From positions 1 through 29,720 of the forward strand of contig JBHLNT010000039.1 of assembly GCA_048941265.1 (NCBI GenBank): a DNA stretch of 29,720 nt, written 5' to 3'. The position numbers were made by a program, and so were the translations under genes. How positions within the stretch are numbered: the stretch's first letter is position 1; every line of letters begins with the position of its first letter. This document shows positions 18,338 through 27,278 of this stretch, in pieces. The DNA comes from Promethearchaeota archaeon. Lineage in GTDB: Archaea > Asgardarchaeota > Lokiarchaeia > Sigyniarchaeales > SOKP01. The notes under the pieces are model-generated. The model was not told the DNA's origin. It made no database searches and worked only from the letters and a program-made list of their open reading frames with translations.

Positions 18338-19306
18338 ATGCTTGAAAAAATTGTTGATAGTATTAGGAATAATGAAAATATCCTTGAAAAAAAAGGACTA
18401 GCTCCTATTATTGATTTTGTTGATGTAAATTCCTTTAAAAATTTAACTCGTATACATTCTGATATAGGTGAAGATTCGGCTGCAATTAATTTTAATGAGA
18501 GTTATATTTTAGTTACTACTGACAGAATTAGAACAGATTTCATAGAAAATTTTCCCTATGGTGCAGGATTTAGCGCCATATTGGTCAGTATTGATGATAT
18601 ATATGCATGTGGGGGATTTCCATTAGCTGCAAGTCTGATAATATCATATGAAGATGAGGACAAGGGAAAAAAAATTTTAGAGGGAATTTGTGATGCTTCA
18701 AAAAAGTTCCATGTTCCCATTATACGAGGTCACACAAAAGCTCGTGGAAAAACATATGAGTTGAGTTCAACAGTGATAGGGGAAATTAAAAAGAATGATT
18801 ATATCTCAGCCCGTAACGCTCAAGTAAATGATAAGATAATATTGGCGGTTGATTTTGAAGGAAAAGTTGGTAAGGCTAGTAGATATTATTTTGATACAAC
18901 TACCTTCAAAAATTCTGAAAATGTCCTACGGAAAAGAAAAGCGATGAATATCATTGCACAGAGCCATCTCGCTCATTCATCCAAAGATATTTCAAATAGT
19001 GGGATATTCGGTACAATATTACAATTAATTCAATATTCAGGAGTAGGAGCAAATATTAATATAAATAAAATAGTAATTCCTCCGATATTAAAGGAATTAG
19101 ACTATACCATAGAAATTTATACCAAAATGTACTTAACAACATCATTTATTTTAACTGCTCCAGAAAAAAATTGCGAAAAGATTTTGGAAATTTTTAAGGA
19201 TTATGGACTTAATGCAAGCATCATAGGAAAAATTATAAAAAATAAAAATCTGTTAAGACTTAACGAGGGAAATGAAAATAAATCGGTTGATGTTATCAAA
19301 TTTTAA
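18338..19306 (+). CDS. AIR synthase-related (PurM/ThiL/SelD fold) ATP-utilising protein, similar to the methanogenesis-marker-2/sll0787 group
   Basis: IGEDSAAI, TTD, SIDDIYACGG.P, IIRGHT, KDISNSGIFG motifs. Confidence 0.85.
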   Translation: MLEKIVDSIRNNENILEKKGLAPIIDFVDVNSFKNLTRIHSDIGEDSAAINFNESYILVTTDRIRTDFIENFPYGAGFSAILVSIDDIYACGGFPLAASLIISYEDEDKGKKILEGICDASKKFHVPIIRGHTKARGKTYELSSTVIGEIKKNDYISARNAQVNDKIILAVDFEGKVGKASRYYFDTTTFKNSENVLRKRKAMNIIAQSHLAHSSKDISNSGIFGTILQLIQYSGVGANININKIVIPPILKELDYTIEIYTKMYLTTSFILTAPEKNCEKILEIFKDYGLNASIIGKIIKNKNLLRLNEGNENKSVDVIKF

Positions 19307-19353
19307 GTGATAAATGGATAAAAATAAATCGTAATAAATTTTAGTATAATTAA

Positions 19354-19848
19354 ATGATATTTCTAGAATGCTTAATACCAGATTCACCTGGAACTTTAAT
19401 AGAGTTAATTAAACCTATCTCTAATAATCATGGAAATATCTATGGAATATTACATTTCCATGATAGAAAAAAAGAGAATATGATTCCAGTAAGTGTTAAT
19501 TTTGAGATTCCATATGAATTGATGGAAACCAGTTTAGAAAATATCAAAAAAGAGCTGAATGAAAAGAACATTCAGATTGAAAAATTAACTGTAGGTGAAA
19601 AAGAAAAAAGACATTTAGTTATATTATTAACTGGACATGTGTTTGACACAGATATCGTTGATACAATAAAACGTCTGGCGTTAAAAAATATCAAGGTTCC
19701 AGAATTGCAGGCTAAATTCACAGAAATTAGTGATGTTAGTAACGTAAAGTTGAAATTAGTCTATCCAGAGTCGATGACTGAAAACGACCTAATAAAGGAA
19801 GTATCTTTAATTTGTAAAGAGAAAAATTTATTCTTAATTAGATCTTAA
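19354..19848 (+). CDS. Tandem ACT-domain protein, putative allosteric regulator of homoserine dehydrogenase
   Basis: PDSPGTLIELIKPIS..GNIYGILH and ILLTGHVFDTDIVDTIKRL match the archaeal stand-alone ACT protein typically encoded next to hom. Confidence 0.85.
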   Translation: MIFLECLIPDSPGTLIELIKPISNNHGNIYGILHFHDRKKENMIPVSVNFEIPYELMETSLENIKKELNEKNIQIEKLTVGEKEKRHLVILLTGHVFDTDIVDTIKRLALKNIKVPELQAKFTEISDVSNVKLKLVYPESMTENDLIKEVSLICKEKNLFLIRS

Positions 19849-19875
19849 CTTTTAATTAATAAAATTGAGATAATT

Positions 19876-20049
19876 TTGACTAACAAAAAAAAAAAGAAGT
19901 CTAAAAAAAACCAGATTCCAAGCGGTAAGATTAAATGTCCCGACTGTGAAGAACTTATTGAGGAAGGTTTAACTTTTTGCCCTGAATGTGGAAATAGAAT
20001 TCCACCATGGGCTAAATTTAATCAGGACTCATCACCCGGCATTCTTTAA
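19876..20049 (+). CDS. Small zinc-ribbon protein, 57 aa (absent from the ORF track)
   Basis: TTG 19876 to TAA 20047-20049: MTNKKKKKSKKNQIPSGKIKCPDCEELIEEGLTFCPECGNRIPPWAKFNQDSSPGIL. Two CPxC knuckles; 27 bp after the ACT gene. Confidence 0.85.
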   Translation: MTNKKKKKSKKNQIPSGKIKCPDCEELIEEGLTFCPECGNRIPPWAKFNQDSSPGIL

Positions 20050-20063
20050 TTTTTTTTTTCTTT
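20050..20063 (+). terminator. Putative archaeal oligo-T terminator
   Basis: A run of 10 T directly after the zinc-ribbon stop codon, followed by a ~240-bp intergenic gap. Confidence 0.4.
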
Positions 20064-20297
20064 ATAGTCTGATCTTATTCGAGAAATCGATAACTATGAG
20101 ATAAAAAAAATATATTTTTTATTACAAATTGCTTGATACTTATTCTGTTTTTTTGCCTTTGTCAATTCGAATGAATTTCTTGAGTTTTTCAATATAAAAT
20201 GAATTAAATATGAAAATTTATTTTGAAGGTTTAAATATTTATATATATTTATGTATCAATCAAATTGAAATAAATATGTATAATATCTGATTTCACA

Positions 20298-21359
20298 GTG
20301 AACAAAATGGATATAAAAATTGCTTTAATAGGATATGGACATGTCGGTGCGAGTTTACTTCAAATTTTAAAAGAAAAAAGGCAATTTCTTAAAAAAACTT
20401 TTAATTTGAATTATAAAGTGATTGCAATTTTTGAATATGATGGTGCTTTAATAAAGGAAGATGGGATTGACATAGAGATACTTTTAAAAAAGGGAACTAA
20501 GTATAGAGAACTACCATTTTGGAGAGAAGGAATAAGTTTTACGAATGATTTAATTCCTAAAATAGGGATAAATACATGCGTTGAGGCAACACCCACCAAT
20601 CCCGAAACTGGAGAACCAGCTTTATCGCATATTTTAGTTGCTTTAAATAATGGAATAGATGTAGTTGCTTCAAATAAAGGACCTTTTTATTTGGAATATG
20701 ATAAAATTAAAAAGTTAGCTGATCAGAATAACTGTTATGTGAGTTATGAAGCTACTGTTGCGAGTTGTGTTCCAATTTTATCAATAAAGAAAAATCTAAT
20801 TGGAAATTCTATAACTCAAATAAAAGCGATATTAAATGGTACAAGTAATTACATACTCAGTCGAATGACTACTGAGGGAATTCCATTTGATATTGCGTTA
20901 AAAGAAGCGCAAGAATTAGGATATGCAGAAGCAGATCCAAGCTTAGATATTGATGGCCGGGATGCTGCTGGAAAATTGGTAATATTAGCAAATGAATTAC
21001 TCGGATGGTCTAAATCAATAAAAGATGTACAAGTTAGAGGTATCACTGATATAACACCCCAAACAATAGAATTAGCTAAATCTGATGGTTATGTAATTAA
21101 ACACTTAGCAATTGCGGAAAATGATCTTTTAATAGTAGAACCCCGGTTGATCGAAAATGATTCTCCCCTAAATATCTCAGGTACATTAAATGTAATTGAA
21201 TTAATGACGGATTACGCTGGACCAATCGTTTTGATGGGAAGGGGAGCGGGAGGATTTGAAGCTGCTTCTGCGATTTTAAATGATTTGATTAATATCGCAA
21301 AAATTCGGGGATTTGCCAAATCTACTGTTTTGAGTGGAAAATCAAAAAAAAATTTTTAA
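20298..21359 (+). CDS. hom: Homoserine dehydrogenase (short form, no fused ACT domain)
   Basis: GYGHVG Rossmann motif, VVASNKGP, YEATV, ILNGTSNYIL, AQELGYAEADPSLDIDG.DAA.K, GRGAGG.EAASA. Start at GTG 20298 or ATG 20307. Confidence 0.96.
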   Translation: MNKMDIKIALIGYGHVGASLLQILKEKRQFLKKTFNLNYKVIAIFEYDGALIKEDGIDIEILLKKGTKYRELPFWREGISFTNDLIPKIGINTCVEATPTNPETGEPALSHILVALNNGIDVVASNKGPFYLEYDKIKKLADQNNCYVSYEATVASCVPILSIKKNLIGNSITQIKAILNGTSNYILSRMTTEGIPFDIALKEAQELGYAEADPSLDIDGRDAAGKLVILANELLGWSKSIKDVQVRGITDITPQTIELAKSDGYVIKHLAIAENDLLIVEPRLIENDSPLNISGTLNVIELMTDYAGPIVLMGRGAGGFEAASAILNDLINIAKIRGFAKSTVLSGKSKKNF

Positions 21360-21496
21360 AAAAGAACTTTACAAAAAAGATTATTTATTTATTTCTTAAC
21401 AATAGATAATTCAATTTGAAAGATATTATTAAAAATGAATTAATTTTAATTATTAAAAACAAATATTAAATATCAATATAGAGAGGCTCCACAAAT

Positions 21497-22051
21497 TTGA
21501 ATTTTGATTTTAAAAAACAATGTAGAGGAATAGTGTCCATCATCGGTGCTAGTGAAATTGATCAAAAAACCGAAGAGATGACGGTTGAGATTGGGAGATT
21601 ATTGGCAAAAAACAATTATGCTGTGTCTTGTGGGGGATTAACAGGAGTTATGGAAGCCATTTGTAAAGGAGCTAAGGACGAGAATGGATTGACGATTGGA
21701 ATAATCCCATTCAAAGAAAAAAGTGCAGCAAATAAATATGTGGACATTGCAATACCGGTTCCTTTTTCTCAAGCAAGAAACATCGTTGTGGTTTTATCTG
21801 GAGACGTTTGTGTTGCTATCGGAGGTAAAGCAGGGACATTAACCGAAATTGCGTTAGCATGGATTTATCAGAAACCTGTTATTGCATTATCAAGTATTGA
21901 AGGTTGGTCTGCTAAATTAGCCGGGGAAAAGATCGATGATCGCCGTCCTGACATAATTTATAAAGCAAATAATCCTGAGGAAGTTATCAAAAAAGTAAAT
22001 GAGTTAATGGGTAAAAAAATAAACTTAAAAGAATCTTCTGATGAATTTTAA
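21497..22051 (+). CDS. TIGR00725-like SLOG/LOG-family Rossmann-fold nucleotide-binding protein
   Basis: CGGLTGVMEAICKGA, GLTIGIIP, ARNIVVV, GGKAGTLTEIALA. TTG start with upstream GAGAGG. Confidence 0.9.
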   Translation: MNFDFKKQCRGIVSIIGASEIDQKTEEMTVEIGRLLAKNNYAVSCGGLTGVMEAICKGAKDENGLTIGIIPFKEKSAANKYVDIAIPVPFSQARNIVVVLSGDVCVAIGGKAGTLTEIALAWIYQKPVIALSSIEGWSAKLAGEKIDDRRPDIIYKANNPEEVIKKVNELMGKKINLKESSDEF

Positions 22052-22170
22052 TTATATTAAATAAAAAATAATATAAATTCTAATTTTCAGATTGATACTT
22101 TTTTATAAAAGATATTTATTTTTGAACAAAAATATTTTAATAACCATTTATACAGATAATTGCCTAAAAA

Positions 22171-23511
22171 ATGGAACAAGAAGAGAATTTCATTAATAAG
22201 GAAAAAGTTTCGAATATTTACACTACTTGGTATTCAAGATATATTATAATATTAATTATTTCTTGCATATTGGGTACCATATGTGGTTTTGTTATGGTCG
22301 GATTTAACTATCTTTTGAATTTTTTCAAACTTGGTTTTTCATATATCCCTTATTTTATTTCTCCTATAATAGCAGGAGCTTTAACAAGTTTATTGGTAAA
22401 AAAAGGAATTAAAAAAAATTTATTCTTAATTATGGGATCAGGTGCTGCCGAATTTGTCGCAGAAGCTACAATGGAAGAATTTGCGTATGATCGACTCCCC
22501 GTATTATTAAGTAAGACATTCGCGACTTCATGGACATTTGGTTCAGGGATGGTGTGTGGCAAAGAGGGACCCGGTTTATTGATTGGAGCAAATTTAGGGC
22601 ATTTAATTGCAAAAAAATTTGAAAGACATGAATTAGATTTAGATGATTATTATTTTATAGGAGCAAGTGCTTGCACAGGAGCAATTCTTAGAGCTCCTAT
22701 TAGTGGTGCTTTATTTTGTGCCGAATTACCTTATTCTAATCATTTAAGATATGGGTCTTTATTACCTTCTATTTTTGCCTCGATTATTGCATTCTTAATA
22801 TTTAGTTTGTTCTTTGAATTCAAACCTTTGATTGAAATAAATTTAAAGGAAATTGAAAAAATTAATTATTTTGATTTAATCCCACTTTTATTCTTTTTTG
22901 GTATTTTTGTAGGGCTAATTATGTTCATAATAATAAATGGTATAGCAAGATGGATGGAAATTTTAAAAAACCATTATAAAAAAAAGGCAGGATTTTGGAA
23001 ATTACCTCTTATAGGAGCTACTTTTTATAGTTTTTTTCTTTTTCTTATTATTCCTCTCATAAATCCCGATTATAAAGGAGTAATATTTGGTCCTGATACT
23101 TCTATATTAACTCTCATCATAAATTCAATTAGAGTAATGCACTGGTTAACTCTATTTATTTTAGTTTTATTGTTTTTAATAGCGATTTTGTTTTCTATTG
23201 GTTTTTATAATAGTGCAGGACTCATCCTTCCTTTAATGCTGCTTGGAGCTTTGGTTGGAGGTCTTTTTGGAGTCATTTTTTATCCCGAATATCCTGAATT
23301 ATTTGTAATATTAGGAATATCAGCGGTACTGGGTTCCTCTTTGAACAATCCAATAACAGCAATTATATTAATTGTAGAAATGACATGGGAACCTTTTTTA
23401 TTTATTCCAGCTGGAATTGTAACCATCATTGCTTATATCGTTAGCGGTCCTAAATCTATCATCCCAGGACAACATAAAGTAAAAAAAAGTAAAATAATAG
23501 AAGAAAACTAA
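22171..23511 (+). CDS. ClC-family chloride channel / Cl-/H+ antiporter (no CBS domains)
   Basis: Polytopic membrane protein with GSG, GKEGP, RAPISGALFCAE, GLILP and PITAIILIVEMT motifs. Confidence 0.92.
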   Translation: MEQEENFINKEKVSNIYTTWYSRYIIILIISCILGTICGFVMVGFNYLLNFFKLGFSYIPYFISPIIAGALTSLLVKKGIKKNLFLIMGSGAAEFVAEATMEEFAYDRLPVLLSKTFATSWTFGSGMVCGKEGPGLLIGANLGHLIAKKFERHELDLDDYYFIGASACTGAILRAPISGALFCAELPYSNHLRYGSLLPSIFASIIAFLIFSLFFEFKPLIEINLKEIEKINYFDLIPLLFFFGIFVGLIMFIIINGIARWMEILKNHYKKKAGFWKLPLIGATFYSFFLFLIIPLINPDYKGVIFGPDTSILTLIINSIRVMHWLTLFILVLLFLIAILFSIGFYNSAGLILPLMLLGALVGGLFGVIFYPEYPELFVILGISAVLGSSLNNPITAIILIVEMTWEPFLFIPAGIVTIIAYIVSGPKSIIPGQHKVKKSKIIEEN

Positions 23512-23667
23512 TTTTTTAAAAATTTTTAACTAGCTAATTATTATCAATAAAGAGATTAGGAGGATTATAACAGAATATAATTTTAATATTTACAAATAAT
23601 AAAGAAAAGATTTTGAATTTTAAATTCTTATATTTAATAATTATAACTTAATGAAATAAGTTTTATT

Positions 23668-25035
23668 ATGAGGAATCAAGAAATCAAGTTTCATTCGACC
23701 AATTATAATACGCCTGAAGTAGATTTCAAGACAGCTATCCTTAAAGGGCAAGCCTTAGATAAAGGTCTATATATGTTAAATGAAATCCCTAAATTAGATA
23801 ACAAACAAATTTTTTCATTTAAAGAATTGGAATTGTCCGAAATCGGGAATATTGTATTATCAAAAGTTATTGGGAACATAATACAGGAACATAAACTTAA
23901 TCAAATTTTAGGTAATGCATTAAATTTTAAGGTTCCTATCGAAAAAATAGATAATAATGATTATATTTGTTATTTAGATAAGGGTCCCACATGTAGTTTT
24001 AAAGATTTTGGTGCAAGAACTTTAGCTCGAATGATGGAGTATTTTCTTGAAAGTGAAGATAAAAATGCAGTTATTTTAACCGCTACTTCAGGAGATACCG
24101 GAGGTGCTGTCGCTCAAGCTTTTTATGATATGAAAAGGATTAAAGTTGTTGTTTTATATCCCAAGGATGAAATAAGTGAATTACAGAGAAAACAAATGAC
24201 TACTCTTGGTAAGAACGTTACGGCTATTGGGATAAACGGAAAATTTGATGATTGCCAAAGACTCGTAAAAATAGCTTTCGCCGATTCCGATTTGAAACAT
24301 ATCAATCTTTCCTCAGCAAATTCCATAAACTTCGGGCGTCTAATCCCTCAAACTTTATATTATTTCTGGAGTTATTCCCGAGTGATAAAAAGTGAAGGCG
24401 AAAAAGTCATTTTTTCTGTACCTTCTGGAAATTTCGGAAATCTTATGGGAGGATTAATTGCCTTTCGAATGGGGTTACCCGTAAGAAGATTTATTTCAGC
24501 AGTGAACGAAAACGATGAATTTCCTAAGTACTTAGAAACAGGAATTTATAAGAAAGTGGAACCCTCTAAGAAATGTATTTCTAATGCAATGAATGTTGGG
24601 CACCCATCAAATCTTGCCCGATTAATCGATTTATATGGGGGTCAGATCGATGAAATTGGCATTATTCATAAAGATCCGGATTTATCTAAAATCCACCAAG
24701 AAATAGTGTCTTATTCTATAGATGATGAACTAACAAAAAAAACAATCGTCGGTTTCTATCAGAAATTTAAAAAAATTATTGAACCTCATGGAGCGGTTGG
24801 TTGGGCTGCATTGCAAATATATAGACAAAATTATCCTGAAGATAGCAATTTTAAAGCAATTAATTTAGAAACCGCAGATCCAGCTAAATTTCCTGAAGAG
24901 ATAATTTCTTTGATTAACATTATTCCTAAACTACCGAAATCGTTAGAGACCATTCAAGATAAGAAAGAAATTCTAAATCAAGTAGAAATTCATGACTATT
25001 TAGACTTTAAAAACTTTTTGAAAGAAAATTTCTAA
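23668..25035 (+). CDS. thrC: Threonine synthase (long E. coli/fungal type)
   Basis: GPTCSFKDFG (PLP lysine), ATSGDTG, FDDCQ, SANSINFGR, VPSGNFGN, EPHGAV, ETADPAKF. Confidence 0.96.
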   Translation: MRNQEIKFHSTNYNTPEVDFKTAILKGQALDKGLYMLNEIPKLDNKQIFSFKELELSEIGNIVLSKVIGNIIQEHKLNQILGNALNFKVPIEKIDNNDYICYLDKGPTCSFKDFGARTLARMMEYFLESEDKNAVILTATSGDTGGAVAQAFYDMKRIKVVVLYPKDEISELQRKQMTTLGKNVTAIGINGKFDDCQRLVKIAFADSDLKHINLSSANSINFGRLIPQTLYYFWSYSRVIKSEGEKVIFSVPSGNFGNLMGGLIAFRMGLPVRRFISAVNENDEFPKYLETGIYKKVEPSKKCISNAMNVGHPSNLARLIDLYGGQIDEIGIIHKDPDLSKIHQEIVSYSIDDELTKKTIVGFYQKFKKIIEPHGAVGWAALQIYRQNYPEDSNFKAINLETADPAKFPEEIISLINIIPKLPKSLETIQDKKEILNQVEIHDYLDFKNFLKENF

Positions 25036-25160
25036 AGAATAATTATAAATTATCTATCTATATATTATACGATTACTAATTTTTCATAAAATTATATATA
25101 ATAAACTATCTTTTCATCTTATTGATATCTTTAATTTTTTAGTTAAAGAGGGTAAGGACT

Positions 25161-26108
25161 TTGGAGTATCTAAAAGAAGAGAAAGTAATCTCGAAAAAGA
25201 TACTGTTCACTGGACTCGATGATGCTGGGAAAACTTCGATAATCCTAGCCCTTCAGAGAGAATTTTCTAAGATTGCAAATATTCAGCCTACAAGAGGTGC
25301 ACAAAGGCGAATCTTTCAGTTTTTAGGTAAGGAAATTAGTGAGTGGGATCTAGGAGGACAAACAACTTACAGAATCTCATATCTTAAAAATCCAGATAAA
25401 TTTTTCGCAGGAACCGAAATTGCAATATATGTAATTGATGTTATAAATAAGGAACGGTTATCTGAATCATTAAGTTATTTAAAAGATGTAATACTTCAAT
25501 TTAAAAAATTGCATATTACTCCTCCTATTAATATTTTTTTCCACAAATTTGACCCGACTTTACCTAAATCCACTAGAGAAGAATTGGGAACTCTTACCCT
25601 CAATTTAAAGAAGAAAATTAATGATTTAGTCAGATATAAAAAAATTTACTTCTTTGAGACCTCAATTTATAGTTTACCTTCTATTATGAATGCCATTTCT
25701 GAAATTTTATTAGAACTTTATCCTAGATCCAAACTTATTAAAAAAACAATTGAAGAATTTGCAATAAAATTAAATTGTGAAGGAATTGTAATCATTGATA
25801 AAAACTCTCTTATCATAGGTTCCTATTTTAAAGATCATGAAACTGGTGAGATTCTTACGAGGTCAATGCCCTACTTCTTGACATTAAATGACAGTTTTCA
25901 GCTGGAAGGAGTTGACCAAACAAATCAAGATCAGATGGTTGTTCATAGATTTGGGAAATTTTTTTTATTTAAAGAAATCCTATTAAAAGAAAGTGGCACA
26001 CCCTATTATCTTCTCATAGTTAAAGGTGATAATCCTTGGGATCTTTACTTCAGCAATAAAGACTTTAGAGCTTTTATCCACATGTTAAGGGATTTAATAT
26101 ATAAATAG
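25161..26108 (+). CDS. Arf/Rag-like small GTPase with C-terminal roadblock-like domain (paralogue 1)
   Basis: GLDDAGKTS, PTRG, WDLGGQ, HKFD, TSIY; C-terminal GIVIIDKNSLIIGSY domain. TTG start. Confidence 0.9.
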   Translation: MEYLKEEKVISKKILFTGLDDAGKTSIILALQREFSKIANIQPTRGAQRRIFQFLGKEISEWDLGGQTTYRISYLKNPDKFFAGTEIAIYVIDVINKERLSESLSYLKDVILQFKKLHITPPINIFFHKFDPTLPKSTREELGTLTLNLKKKINDLVRYKKIYFFETSIYSLPSIMNAISEILLELYPRSKLIKKTIEEFAIKLNCEGIVIIDKNSLIIGSYFKDHETGEILTRSMPYFLTLNDSFQLEGVDQTNQDQMVVHRFGKFFLFKEILLKESGTPYYLLIVKGDNPWDLYFSNKDFRAFIHMLRDLIYK

Positions 26109-26245
26109 ATCATATATTTAATATCGGAAGTAATGAATTTGAAAATATTATCTCAACATGATCTATTAGAAAATAATTATAAAATACCATTTACTTTTAA
26201 TTTTTAGAATAATATTAATTTATAATTCAACGGGATGAATTTAAT

Positions 26246-27184
26246 TTGGAATACTTAAGAGAAGAGAAACCAGAGACTAGTAAAATTTTGTTTTCAGGGT
26301 TAGATGATGCAGGGAAGACTAGTATAATCTTAGCGCTTCAGAGAGAATTTTCTAAAATTGCAAATATTGAACCAACAAAGGGCGCGCAAAGACGCATGTT
26401 CGAGTTTTTAGGAAAGAATATAAGTGAATGGGATCTTGGCGGTCAACAAACATATAGAATTGCATATCTTAAAAATCCAACGAAATATTTTACTGAAACA
26501 GAGGTTTTAATTTATGTAATTGACATACGCAACAAACAGAGAATTCAAGAATCTTTAAGTTATTTGAAAGATGTCATAAATGAATTTAGAAATCTCGAAA
26601 TAGAGCCACCAATTTTTATTTTTTTCCATAAGTATGATCCTGCATTAACTAGAAATAGTTATGAAGAAATAGATAAGCTAATTTTATATTTGAGGGATAA
26701 AATACTTAGTATTCCGAATTACAAAAAATTTTATTTCCGTAACACTACTATTTATGATTTATCAACCCTTATTAGTGCTATGTCAGAAGCCTTACTATCA
26801 ATATATCCTAAAACAGATTTAATACAACAAACAATTTACGAATTTGGAATTAAATCAAAGGCAGACGGAATAGCAGTTATTGATTCCAATTCATTAATTA
26901 TAGGGTGGTTTTACAGATATGAAAGTATGAAAGACATTTTACTCGCATCGACCCCTTACTTTTTAAGTTTAAATACAAGCTTTGATTTTACAGAGGGAAT
27001 GGAAGATAACGATGAAAACAAAATGATAATACAAAGACACGGAAAATATTTTCTTTTTAGAAAATTTTCCTTAAACGAGGAAGTTGAGCCATTTTATTTG
27101 TTAATTTCAAAAGATGATCCGGAAATTAATAAGGAAGGTTTCAATGCTTTGATAAATATTTTAACAGAGATTTTATATCAATAG
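26246..27184 (+). CDS. Arf/Rag-like small GTPase with C-terminal roadblock-like domain (paralogue 2)
   Basis: GLDDAGKTS, PTKG, WDLGGQ, HKYD, TTIY; C-terminal GIAVIDSNSLIIGWF domain. Collinear with paralogue 1. TTG start. Confidence 0.9.
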   Translation: MEYLREEKPETSKILFSGLDDAGKTSIILALQREFSKIANIEPTKGAQRRMFEFLGKNISEWDLGGQQTYRIAYLKNPTKYFTETEVLIYVIDIRNKQRIQESLSYLKDVINEFRNLEIEPPIFIFFHKYDPALTRNSYEEIDKLILYLRDKILSIPNYKKFYFRNTTIYDLSTLISAMSEALLSIYPKTDLIQQTIYEFGIKSKADGIAVIDSNSLIIGWFYRYESMKDILLASTPYFLSLNTSFDFTEGMEDNDENKMIIQRHGKYFLFRKFSLNEEVEPFYLLISKDDPEINKEGFNALINILTEILYQ

Positions 27185-27278
27185 AAGAACTGATTTTATT
27201 CATATTTCATTATAGCTAGATTAATAAAATTGAATTTCTATATTTAAAGTATTAAGATAAGATATAAAGTAAAACACT

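Noticed and set aside
15812-19306. mtrH plus a methanogenesis-marker-2-like gene as evidence of a methanogen
   Set aside because: Both families occur in non-methanogens, no mcr or mtrA-G genes are present here, and the remaining content is Asgard-like.
22171-23511. Fluoride exporter (CLC-F clade)
   Set aside because: It lacks the GNNLI/GMGLI, GREGT and GEVTP signatures.
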